64,000 bases of DNA from the human T2T-CHM13v2.0 reference genome, Homo sapiens: NCBI RefSeq assembly GCF_009914755.1, contig NC_060925.1; one strand, given 5' to 3'. Each line of letters begins with the position of its first letter. Within the stretch, counting starts at the first letter, position 1. Of this stretch, positions 46,277-58,177 are shown in pieces. The notes under the pieces are model-generated. The model was not told the origin of the DNA. It made no database searches and saw nothing but the letters and a program-made list of their open reading frames with translations. The translations under genes were made by a program, and so were the position numbers.

Positions 46277-46440
46277 GCTAGGTGCTGTGGCTCATGCCTG
46301 TATCTCAGCATGTTGGGAGACTGAGGCAGGAGGATCACTTGAGACCAGGAGTTTGAGGCTGCAGTGAGACATGATCACACCACTATACTCTAGCTGGGCA
46401 ACAGAGTGAGATTCTGTGTCAAAAGAAGACAAGAATAAAG
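46277..46440 (+). mobile_element. Alu monomer (FRAM/FAM-like)
   Basis: A single ~150-nt arm with an A-rich tail. Confidence 0.75.
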
Positions 46441-46788
46441 AATGAAGGCAGCAGTGTGGGCATGGCCAGGATATGGAGGGCTGGGGAGGCAGTGGACCAA
46501 GCTCCCTGGCAGTGTGAGAGCCCCTCGCTGTGCCCCTAGCCACACCCACACGCCTGGTGGGCAGACCACTGGCCACTGTGGCTGTCACCATGAGTACTGA
46601 GCACTCCCTGCCTGGGGATGGCGTCTGAGAAGCCACTGGCATGGCCCCTGTCCCATCTCCCAGGCCTCACCATGGATCTGCTTTGTTTCCTGTGCCAAGC
46701 GTTCCCTGTGGCTCTGTTTTCAGGCTGTGTTTTCTCTTCTTCTCTCTCTCCTCTTCCTCCTGCTGCCTCCCACTCTGTGCTGCTGCAG

Positions 46789-46797
46789 TTTCCCAAG
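46789..46797 (+). CDS. STUM: STUM 9-nt microexon (TTTCCCAAG), completing I-S-Q-G
   Basis: A long CT tract (about 46728-46760) precedes tgtgctgctgcAG|TTTCCCAAG|GTGAGT. Joining A+TTTCCCAAG+GC gives ATT TCC CAA GGC = ISQG, matching the recalled STUM C-terminus ILAISQGYKEQGIPQQL. Confidence 0.9.
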
Positions 46798-47187
46798 GTG
46801 AGTCTGCGGATGGACGTGCGGGCCTCGTGCTGCTGCTTGGGGCCCTCCCCTCCCCCGAGACCCCCACTCCTGCACACAAACACCCCACCCACTCTCCCAG
46901 TGGGTCAATGGGCTTTTATGTTTAGCTTGAACTTTTGGTTTGGAAAATGCTTAAACATAGACAAAAGTAGAGCCCCTAGTAAAATGAGGCCCTAATGCCC
47001 ACACCAGCCTCAACTGCTATCAATTCATGGCCAGCCTCCTTTCCTCTGTCATTCGCCACATCTCCCCTACCCCAGCATGGGTTATTAGCACCCAAAATTG
47101 AGAAATACTCTGCTAAATGAAGAGAAAAAAGCAGCTCAATACACCAAAGCTCCTCTTCAGACTAAGTTCACTGGCTAATAGGAATAA

Positions 47188-47511
<324 letters not shown>

Positions 47512-48128
47512 GGTATCTTCTTAAGAAAACAAACACAATACCCTTTCACACCTAAATAAAGCAGTAACAATTCCTTACTATCCACAGAGCTCACTTTTTC
47601 CCAAAGGACTCATGATCAACAATGTTTTAAAGGTTTAGCCTTCAGGCGCCCTTTCCTGCCGTAACCGTCCAGCAGGTTGGACGCACACAGGGATGGCTGC
47701 TCCCCTCTGTATGCCATCTTCCTCCTTTCTTCCTCCTTCTATCCACCCATACCAGATGCCCAACCTTCGGGGAAGCCTGCCTGGCACCTGCTCCCAAGGC
47801 TCTGCACTGGGAAAGCACACCAGACCAGTCTGTAAGCGGCTTCCAGATGTGGGTTCAGGAGCATGTCGATAGCCTTTTAGCTCCCACCCCAAATGCCCGC
47901 CCGTCATACATTCCCAGTAGACCCAGTACTCCACATTTCCTGATTCATTCTTTTGTTTCCCATTAGAAAGTCAAAGCCCTTGGGAAAAGTTGTGCTCTGA
48001 TGGTAGCAGTCATTTACACCTTAGTATAAACAATGCCTCCTGTGTGCATTCTGGGCTAGGGGCACCTCCTGGAGAAATCCTGAAGTAAGCAGGTGTCTAA
48101 CCATCTCTCCTTTGCTTCTTCCTCACAG

Positions 48129-48163
48129 GCTACAAGGAGCAGGGCATCCCACAGCAGCTGTGA
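48129..48163 (+). CDS. STUM: STUM terminal exon, coding part (G)YKEQGIPQQL*
   Basis: Branch-point-like CTAAC at 48097-48101, a pyrimidine tract, then cctcacAG|GC TAC AAG GAG CAG GGC ATC CCA CAG CAG CTG TGA. It is in frame with the upstream exons. Confidence 0.93.
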
Positions 48164-48962
48164 GCCCACGGGAGCCGCTGGGGAGATCCAGGGGGGCCCT
48201 GTGAGGGCTGCACCAGGCAGCTTTGGGCACAAGGACCTTTACATGTTCTTTTCTGCCATTTTCTGGACTGGGGGTGGAAAGGGGGTATTTTTAAAAATAT
48301 TATTTATTTTGAAAACGCATCTGCTTTTCTCAGCAGGTTGTGAGGGCTGCCAGCCCCTCCTGCTCTGGAAAGCACTGTGGGCGCAGGCACCAGAGCATCA
48401 GAGAGTGGGGTGGAGATGAGAACGCCCACAGAGAGGCTGGGATGCTCCGGCAGGCTCCAACTGGCCTTGCTGTACCCACTGCCCACCGCAAAGGCACGCC
48501 ACGTCTGCTGGGCCGGGCCACACCGGGCCCTGTCTGGGTGAGCAGGGGCTCACCAAGGGGACAGGACTGTGGTAGACCCGTCCTGTGGGACCCCACCTGC
48601 CTCAAAATCTGGTGCCCCGAGTGTTTACTGTGTGGTCTCCTGGGGGCAGCACCAGGGTGTGGGTGAGGATGGCCAGGCTCCACCCTAGCGTGGAAAGGCC
48701 CACTGTGCCCACAGCTGGCCTGAGGCCTCGGGGAGAAGACCAGTCCCACAGGCGTCTCCTGGGCCTGCCTCCCTGACCGCACCCCCCGCCTCCTCGCAGC
48801 TGAAATCTGAGGGCTGGGTGTGTCGTGACCTGTGTTTTCCTGGGAAGGAGAGGAGTAGCTCCTTCCCTGGGGTGAAACTGCCAGATGTTTATACACAAAG
48901 TTATTAGACTGAAGCAGGAGTGGGCAGACTAGCAGGCTTTCACCCAATACTTAACAGCATTT

Positions 48963-49292
48963 CTGGCCCACATTCCTTTTTCTGAAGTCATTGGGGCCAG
49001 ATGTGTCTCCGAATTGAGAAATTTTAGATTTGAGAAAGACAATGCGATCCATTTATCGTACACTTTCTAACTTCCCGGCAGAGTGTGGAACATCTCGCCT
49101 ACCATCAGGCACGTGAATATTTCTGCAGAGAAACATGTGACTAGTCCCATTAACTGGGAGCTATACAAACTGTAAATAGCCTCACCTCAGTTCAGTCTAA
49201 TTTTGCCACTAAGTAACTTAGGGAAAAACTTACCATTTGAGAGCTTTTAGGGTTTCAGAATTGCAAGAACAATTGTATGGGGTTGTGGACCT
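48963..49292. mobile_element. Possible Tigger-type (TcMar) MITE remnant within the 3' UTR
   Basis: Degenerate terminal inverted repeats ggcccacattcc / ggggttgtggacc around an AT-rich body. Confidence 0.4.
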
Positions 49293-50219
49293 TGATCTGA
49301 AAATCCTGCTTGCAAACAGATGTGTTAGAGGGTGAAATTGTCGGCATTACACAAGGACTCCTTCAGTTGCCAAAAGACCATGGGCCTCTTTAAGGAGCCC
49401 CTCTGTAAGTGATTGGGACAGGGCTAGATCCCTAATGGGGGCTAGGGGTGGGGAGAATCTAGCAGAAGTTGTCCAGGATACTGTGGATCAAGTATCAATC
49501 TGAAATTAAGAGAAATTAGATACTAAGAGGATGGACATTTACATGTCTGTTTCCTTTCCTTTCATTTTCATTCTAACATAGGAAATGCTAACAGATGGGG
49601 CTGGCCCAAAGTCAAGCTTCTGACTCCACTTGACACAGTGCCATTGGGCATGTCCCTCTCTGAAGGGCTTGTTTGTCTATCAGAGACTGTCAGAACTCCA
49701 TGAGGGCAGGAGAAGGGATTTTGCAGGATGAAAGTGCTTGGGAAGTAGTGGCCACCGTTCTGGGGGTTTCAGCCCACCTACCCCATCCACCGGGCTTTCT
49801 AATCACAGTCCTGCCTGAGAAGCGGGCCCTGCTGCCCACCCCTTATCATGGATCCCTTAGCTACTGTCCGTCTTCCATTGCTGCCTGGGGCTGGGCTGCC
49901 GTTTTTGAACACCTGGCAGTGTCTTTGTCGCGTCCTGTCCTCTCTTCTTACAGACCCCAACCCAGGCCTTTGCCTTCTTCTCTCCTGTTTGGAAGCCTCT
50001 GTATCTTCAAGGTGTGGGAACAGATTTGGTTTTCTCTAAAAAGCTAGAACCTTCTGCTGTGTGCAGCAGGCATCCTCCAGGCTGGTGCTGGCTGCTCTCG
50101 AGGAAGCTGCGTCAGAGTGGAGCTGCCCCTCTACTCAGATAAAATAGCTTCAGCTGCAGGAAGCCGCCCCCTCCCATGCCCACCAGCCCACAGCCCTTCA
50201 CCCCACACAGCCCCCAGAG

Positions 50220-51828
50220 TTTGCCCGACACCCCCTGAGTGATGACAGGTCTCAGGAGGGGGCCGCCCCCACAAATGGGAGGCGGAAGCTTATTTTCCCC
50301 GCTTGGGCTGGGGGCGGCTGCTGAGGGGGTGAAGAAGAGATAGCAATTTATGTCGCATGTTTAGTGACACAATCCAGATGCAGGTGGGACTTTCTTGAGT
50401 GGCAGGTGTCACCCTGGGTCCCGTGTGGGATGGTTTAATACAGGGGTTTGTGTGTTTGTGTGTGTGGAGGGCCACTGCGCCCCCAGATCCTCCTCTCCCC
50501 CGAGGGCTGCGTCTCTAAACCTGGGAAAACATCAGCCTCAGGAGGAGGCCCCTTTCCGGGTAACTGATGTGTGGGAGAAGCCAAGAGGCCCCTGCCTGTC
50601 TCCTGAATGAGGCTGTGAGGGTTGCCATGTGGGCGGGACCGGTTCAAAATAGCGCCCCCGCCCCTCTAAATTAGACCGTGGTCTCAGCATGATCATCTTC
50701 AGTAGATAAGGGACAGTGGCTGATTTACTCCAAATAGTTCCAGCTGGCCACTCAGACCAGGGCCAGAGTTAACTTCTCAAACACCAGCCAGCTGAAAATT
50801 AGGGTTCTCGTGCAGGCAAGTGCATGGTTGACACACAGCCCTTTGGTGACAAAGCTGGGCTTTGCCTGCATAGTGCAGACAAGGCTGTTGGTTCAGAGGC
50901 TGCAGGGCACATTCCAGGTTGGGGCCTTTTGTCGGTCGGAATTCAATAGGACATTCCCTGGCTGTGGGTGTTTAGGGCAGGAATTACAGGCTTGCAGAGA
51001 AAGTCAGAGGCAATGAGATGCTCCCAGTACCAAACTGTGACACTGGGATCAGGGTGGTCATTCCCTTGGGTCAGAGTGGGACCCTAGAGCCAGAGTGAGC
51101 TGTGGGTGGCCTGGGTGTGTCCTGTGGACGGCGGAGACTGTTGATTTGGATGTTGAGCTCTGAGTCAGTTTCAGAACCAAGGATCTCAGGCTGAGAAGGC
51201 CAGGTCCCCATGGGAGCGGCAGGAGTCTGATGGCTCTGCTGCCAGAGCCTACCCCAGCCTGCCACGCCGCTGACCTTCCCATGGTAAGGAAGGGGCAGGC
51301 AGCATGGTTCCCACCCTCAGCTGCCCCAGACCCACACATCCAGCCCCAAGAGCAGCCTCACCCAGGCACAGTGCAGGGCATTTTAGCTCCTGGGAGGGGA
51401 GATGCCTTTGTGAGTTTCAGATGTCAGAGGAGAAGCTCCGAGAGAGTAAGTCATGTGCCCCCAAACACTCAGCTCCTAAGTGGCAGGACAGGCAAGTGGC
51501 CAGGTTGGGCCGCCCCCACAGCCTGTGCCGTCCACACACTCACTACAGCACTCCCAGAAGAAGGAGCAGAATCGCATGCAGCCCAGAGCAGGTCCTGTGG
51601 AGGGGTCCTCACCCCTCAGGAGTAATAGGGTGATTATGTCACATGTTTAGTGATACAATCCCACCTGTGTCTGGATTGTGTCACTAAACATGCAACATAA
51701 ATTACCATCTCTTCTCCATCCCCTCAGCAGCCGCCCCCACCCCAAGCTGGGAAAATAAGCTTCTCCCTCCCATATGTGGGGGCGGCCCCCTCCTGAGACC
51801 TGTCATCACTTAGGGGGAGTTGGGCAAA
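50220..51828. repeat. Inverted repeat, arms 50220-50389 and 51659-51828 (170 bp each, ~91% identity, no gaps)
   Basis: Manual alignment of the left arm to the reverse complement of the right arm gives 15 substitutions in 170 nt. Confidence 0.95.
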
Positions 51829-54800
51829 ACCTCCTAGGAAGGTCCTGGACGCCTCCACCCTGCCCCACAAGGCTCCGTACTCCCACCTGCCTGGGCAGCC
51901 CTCACACCCATGCTCCCTCCTTTAGGCAGGCCCAGAAAGGTGCCCCTTCCTGAGGGTGTTGGGGGATGGCGGCAGAGAGACAGCTGGTATTAGGAGCTTC
52001 CCCATCCTAATGTGCAGGACCAAGTTGCCCGCTCTGCCAGCCAGGGGCTCCAGCCATGCTGGCACAGGCATCTCAGAGGTGTGAGATGAACTCCGCCTCA
52101 TGCAGGATGCCCAGGGCTCGGAAGCAGTAAGGAGGATGCTACAGAAAGGAACTGCAGAAAGAAAAAAAGCCACATGGTTAACTTTTCCCCTGGAGGGCAA
52201 AGGGGTCCGGCTCTCAAAAAGAAAAGCCAGGCACAGATCCCAACACCAAGTGTAAGGCAGCACAAAGTGGGTCTGAAACCCCAGGACCGGGTCAAAGGCC
52301 TTCCGAAGGCCCGAGGTTCTTGAGGAGGGGAAGCTGATAGGGCCCTGGTCTTTCTGCACCAGCGTGGCTCTTTAAAATACAAAACACCCACAAAGCCAAA
52401 AACCCTGAAACATGTTCTTTAGCTAACCCCTTCCCTGCCCAGATGCCTGCAATTCTGAGAATTCACTTCAGTTTTGCCAGATCCAACCCCTAGGCTTGAG
52501 GGTGGAGAGCCAGGCCTCCTCAGGGTCCCTTCTAGGCTCCCAGGCCCACCTTAGGCTTTAATTGCATTGGCTGTTTCTTATGGTGTTAGTGAATTTTGCA
52601 AAGAAAGCCCTGAGCATTGCATAAATGCTTGGGGGCGTGTCATTTAAATGGAAGTTCTCCAATAGTGGCTGAAGGCAGAGTTTACTGTTATCCCTCCCTC
52701 TTGCTGGCTTTGCTGGAGGGCTTTTATCAGAGAGATTGGAGGTGGGAGAGCACTTTTAAAGCACACCCCACCCCCTGCACCCGAGCGGCACCTAAGCTTC
52801 CCAGAGACCATGACCTTGTATGTGGCTGGAGGCCTCAGGCTTAGGGAGCAGCCTGAAGCCTTTGCTGTCAACCCTCCCAGGAAAGAAGCCGGGCCTCAGG
52901 CTGAGGAAAAACAGAGTTTCCTCTCCAGAGGGCTCAATGAGCAGCCAGGTAGTGGCCTCGGGCAGTCCTCACCAGGGGGACACCTCCCTGCTTTGCATTA
53001 ACTCATCAGCAAGCTCATCGAGAGCTAACGTGGGCCCAGCAGTCCTGTGCTTGGAAATGATGCCGTCACCTCCACACTCCTGCTGTTCCAGCCTCTGCAG
53101 GTGAAGCTGCAAGGTGAGCAGAGGCAGGCGTGGGGACACACTCTTCAAGGACTGCACTGCCCCTTCTCCCTCCTGAGAGCTCTGTGCACTGGGTTTGGGG
53201 ATGAGGCGCCAGCCTGGTCAGGGGAGGTGACTGTGGTCCTTCTGACCAGCTTGGATCTTTAAAATAATCACAAAAAAGCTCAGCCTGAGCAGGTGGGTGC
53301 AAGGCTCAGGGGCCTGTGTTTTTCATCAATCAGTTTTCTTCCTGCAAGATTCTTAGAGCTGGATGTTCACGGGATCATGGGGCATGGAGGTGGTCACGCT
53401 CAGACAGTCATGCACCACCCTCAATCCCAGGCCCTGCAGAGATAGGAAGAATCCCAACCAGAGGGATTCTTCCCCAAACGTTCCCTTGTGGCCCAAGAGT
53501 GAGTTCCGGCCTGAGTGCTGTTATGACTGCCGGCGTCTCTCCGACTGCCTCTCGCCTCAGTTTAACCATCTATAGGTTAGGAACAAAGAAGGGCTTAGGC
53601 AGCCATCGTTTCCCCATTTCTGTCAGAGCCAAGGGCTTGGAGGCCCAGCCCCATCCGGGCAAGGGCTGTCCGCTCCTGCCCAGGCCTCACCTCCTCGCTG
53701 CAGCTGGCAAGATTCTTTCTAGCAGAACAGAAACACTGGCCCCCAATTCCACTCTCCCCTCCTGATGCTACCGCAGAGGGCAGAAAGGTGCCCTGTAGCG
53801 TCCACCATGTGTGTGTCCTGAGTTTCCAGTGCAAGTCATCTGGATTTGCATTTAGCTAGGGAAACTCGGCCCTCAAACCCTCTCCCTCTCTGCCTGAATT
53901 TGCCAAAATGCCAACCATCCGGGCAGGTGTGGATGCCACAGTCCATCCCCATTGCATTTCACCCCCACATGGACAGAGGCACACACTCGCACACATTCCC
54001 AGCACCTTTGACTGCTGGGGGATGCAGGCCAGGGTCTGCCTGGAGCCTCAGGGTTGGGACTTATCTCCAAAGGAGCCCACACCCCCTCTTCCAGGATGGG
54101 CACTGGCTGGCAGCACTTTTTTCCCTCATCACATCCCTGACCCCTGCCCAGCCCACATGCACATGCTGTTTCCTGTCTCCAGGGCCCTAGCCTGTGGATC
54201 TCTTCCTCCCATGCACTCCTAGGGTGAATGGGCTCAGCACCAAACCTGGCTGTGCCCATTCCCCACAACCCCAGCTTGGCCTCCTGTGGGAAGGAGAAGG
54301 CAGACCTGCCCAGAGGAGAGGGGCAGTGTTCCCACCCACCTGCTCCAGCACAGGAACCAGGGAGGAAAGAAGGGAGAGGGAGGTTCCATTCACCGTTTTC
54401 TGGGTTAGCGCTTGATTGGATGTTTCAAGCAAGGGACAAGGTGATGGTGGCTGTAATAGGCTCCTCGTGGGCACCGTCACCCCAGAAGGCCTGGGCACCC
54501 ATGAGAACCTGTGGCCAGCCCTTTTCATTGGCTGAGTTCCCTGCTGTTGTGCGTGGTGCCATTTTTTTTTTAAACAACATATATAAAAACAAAACAACTG
54601 GTTCTGTGTGTATCAACTTAATTTGCATATGAATGAGTGTTGTGTTGTGATTTGCAGTGTTTTGACACCGTGATTGGCTTTGTTTGGGTCTCTCTTCTTT
54701 CTGTGAAATTAACTGCTGTGCGTTTTCACTGTTCTTAGAGAAGACCCTGAGCTCCTGGGGTTTTCTTGTCTCACTTCTACCCTGACCTGCTGGGAGCCCA

Positions 54801-55030
54801 CCCCACCCCAGTCCAGCCATGAGGGTATTTCCAGCCTATTCCAATGACTGAAACCCTTCTTGGAAGAAAACGTCTAATGTCGGGGACGTAGGGACGCTTC
54901 CAGACTTGCCCTGGCCGGAACCCTGCAGCCTGGGGCCCCAGCCCGCCTGCAGCTCAGCTTTCCCCAACACCCTCAGGACCCAGCCCCAGCCCCGGCAGAC
55001 CTTCCCTGGGAGCTGCTTAGGTGGTCTCCA

Positions 55031-55049
55031 CAGCGCCCTCTAGGGGCCA
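55031..55049 (-). promoter_or_regulatory. Candidate CTCF site
   Basis: Minus strand TGGCCCCTAGAGGGCGCTG versus consensus TGGCCASYAGRKGGCRSYR. Confidence 0.5.
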
Positions 55050-55315
55050 AGCAGGGTTCCAGATTCTCCAGCCTTCTGCCAGCTTTAAAACCCTTCACTC
55101 AAGCAGCATTACTGTACATGCAATGAAAAATACTATATATGACAGTCAAAACCTGTGTACATATTTCCATGTACATATTTATACATACACACACCTTCCT
55201 ATTATAAATATATAAAGCATGACATCTCTTTGGCATTCCAAGTTTGTGTTTTTTTAAATCCTTGGAAATACGGCTTTGGAAACCTTTTTCTTCCTTTCCC
55301 TCTTTTCTATGTTGT

Positions 55316-55321
55316 AATAAA
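55316..55321 (+). promoter_or_regulatory. STUM: Polyadenylation signal AATAAA of STUM
   Basis: gttgtAATAAAcattc, with an overlapping upstream UGUA (CFIm-type) and a U-rich upstream tract. U/GU-rich sequence follows (gtagtttctc, ctgtgtcc). Confidence 0.75.
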
Positions 55322-57843
55322 CATTCATGTGACCTTTCTGGTAGTTTCTCAAATCCCTGTGTCCTCCCGTGTTCCTAATCGGACAGATCTCTGGGACAAC
55401 GCGCCTTCCTCCCCACCTCTGCAGCCTTTGCTATTGGTTGGCTTTCCGTTATGAAGGCTGTCCTCCCCCAAGGCGGGTCTTGAGTTCTTTCAGACCTTTT
55501 TCCCGAATTCCCCTTCTTCCGAAAGGCTTGTGCAAGTTACTCTTCAAACAGCCTCATCTTTGATAATCTGATCCCTTTGCAACCAGGAATTTGCGTGCTA
55601 AATCAAGCATCAGGCCCCAGATTGAGTTTACCAAGAATAAGTGTACAGATGCAGCTCATTTCCTGCTGTTAATTGTTAGACTGGTTGATGAGGGAAATGT
55701 GGGCAACATACATATTTGACAAAGACTTCTGAATAAATGAGAGTCTGGGTAAGAGTGGTTAGGAGAATGTATAACTACCTGTTCAGTTACAACGAAGGAC
55801 AGGTTGCACCTGGGAGAGAATTGCATCCACAACCCAGCCAATGCCTTTACTCATAATGGGATGAAGACCTACAGAACTGACCAAATTTGTGGATAAGGAG
55901 AAATAAGTATATTAGACGAACAAATCAGAATCCCAAAATCTCCTGACGGGCAGAGGCAATCTAACTCGATGAAATCTAATAGCATTCAATGAAAGAGTTG
56001 TGCTTGACATGAAGAAAGCTCCGTGCTTTCCTTCATCCCTGGGGAGTTACTCAACAGGCAGCTCAGTGTTCTTCACGGCATGCTGGGGCTGACTACACAG
56101 GCCATCTGGTTTCAGATGCACGAGGAGCTGCAGGCTGGGGTCCGGAATGAAACCGCATCTGCAGCGTTGCATTCAGTACTGGGTGCCATGGGGGAGCAAG
56201 TGCTCTGACAACGAGTGTCCAGGTGTCATTCCTGTCACTCACACCCAAGGGAAGGGCCCCGCCCTGCCTCCTGCCATTTCCTCAGGCCAGCCCAGCACCC
56301 TTAGGGTCCACTTACCCCAGGAGAGGCTGCAGTCTTAATGGCCTCGATGCTGCTGTTGTCCAAAAGAGTGAATCATCTTCAAAGCACAACCTCTGGTGAG
56401 ACTTGAAGCTCTACTGCGATGGCCCCTCCAAGGCCCCAGAAATGGCATCTGTGCCTGAGGATGATTTCAGTTGCTGCTAAGACCAGGACCTAAAGCCCAA
56501 GGCAGTACAATGACCTAAGGCACTCTCAGAGTCCCCCAGACACTCTAGGGAGCATTTTGTGATCACTTGCATTGTCCAAACACTCGATGTGCTCAGATTA
56601 AACTGGAATGCCCCGGCTGGAGGATTCTTCTGCAGTCACTCAGTTTCAGAGGGGCTCATCAGAAGGCACAATGGGAGATAAAGTTAGCTCCCCTTCCAGC
56701 ACTGCCAAGTGAAGGGAAGATACCATTTGAATGTACTAACTCACATTCCTTCTCTTCTCCCAGCACCAAGCCTCTTAACCTCAGGAAGGGTCACGTGGGT
56801 TGAGCCAGCCACTGCCTCTCTGCTGGGGGGTGACAACTTTGACAGAGTTCTCCTCAAACCCAGAAGGAAAGGGCTGTGACAAACATGTAGGCATCTGCTC
56901 CCCGCAACTCCCTACACCCCAGACCCTAGGCCCTGGGAGAGGCTCATGCTTGCCAGTGGCCAGTCACAGGAAGGGACACATGAGGATGTGCAGGGGACGA
57001 GGGGCTCGAGGAGATGGGAAGGCAGTGCTTGGGTTTGAGGACGGGGTTGGCGATGCATTCCTCAGAGGAGGAGCACAGCCCAAACCTAGTGCAGTGAGAG
57101 TCCCAGGTGGGGGACCCTGGGAGGCACATCAGTGCAGGCTGCATGTTGGGCCACCGAAACCAGAGGATGGGTCTTCATTCCCAAGAGGACCAAGATGGAC
57201 ATTTCTGGGCTCCTAATACCAAGTCAGCCTCTGAGTAAAGCCTTAGGGAAGGGTCATGGGACCCAAGATTCAGTTTACATAAAACACGTCAGGAACAACT
57301 TGGGGTGATAAAGTTGCAGGACTTTTCCTTAGTTCAGCCAAGAAAATTCAGGCTCACAGACAATTTGAATGGTGAGTGAGACAGGGTTTTATTGGGTGAA
57401 AAGGAAGAAAAGGGGGAAACAGGGAGTCTCGCTGGGCCAGAGACCCTGCTAGAGCGCTTCCTGCCCACAGCTTGAGTCCCAGGTTCCACATAGGAAAGGG
57501 GGGGCGAGGCTCCTCCCTGCTGCAAACGTCATGAACTTCCCAAGGCTCCACCTCACTGTGCAGGCCGGTTGGAGTTTCTGCAGTGACCCCCTCCCACCTG
57601 GCTGTCCCATTCCCGCCTCGAAAGAAGTCCATCTAACTGCCCTTAGATTAAGGATAAGGATGAAGACTGATCTTAACTGCTTCCTGCTGACAGGGGGCAC
57701 TGTTTTTGGGAAATGGCAGTCAGAGGTCCCTCAGATGCCTGTCTAAGGGTCCCCAGCAGAAGAGGCCATCATCAGAAGCTCCGGTTGCATGACTGTTCAG
57801 AGTTTGATGGCCTGAAGGCAAGAACAGACAAACGGGGTCATTA

Positions 57844-58177
<334 letters not shown>

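Larger units (their letters stand above)
48164..55340 (+). other. STUM: STUM long 3' UTR (~7.2 kb); 3' end approximate
   Basis: Runs from the stop codon to the AATAAA at 55316. The terminal segment (about 55110-55320) is AU-rich. I saw no Alu inside. Consistent with my recollection of a very long STUM mRNA. Confidence 0.75.

Noticed and set aside
48161-48169. Stop-codon readthrough of STUM
   Set aside because: The context is TGA GCC, not the TGA CTAG readthrough motif.
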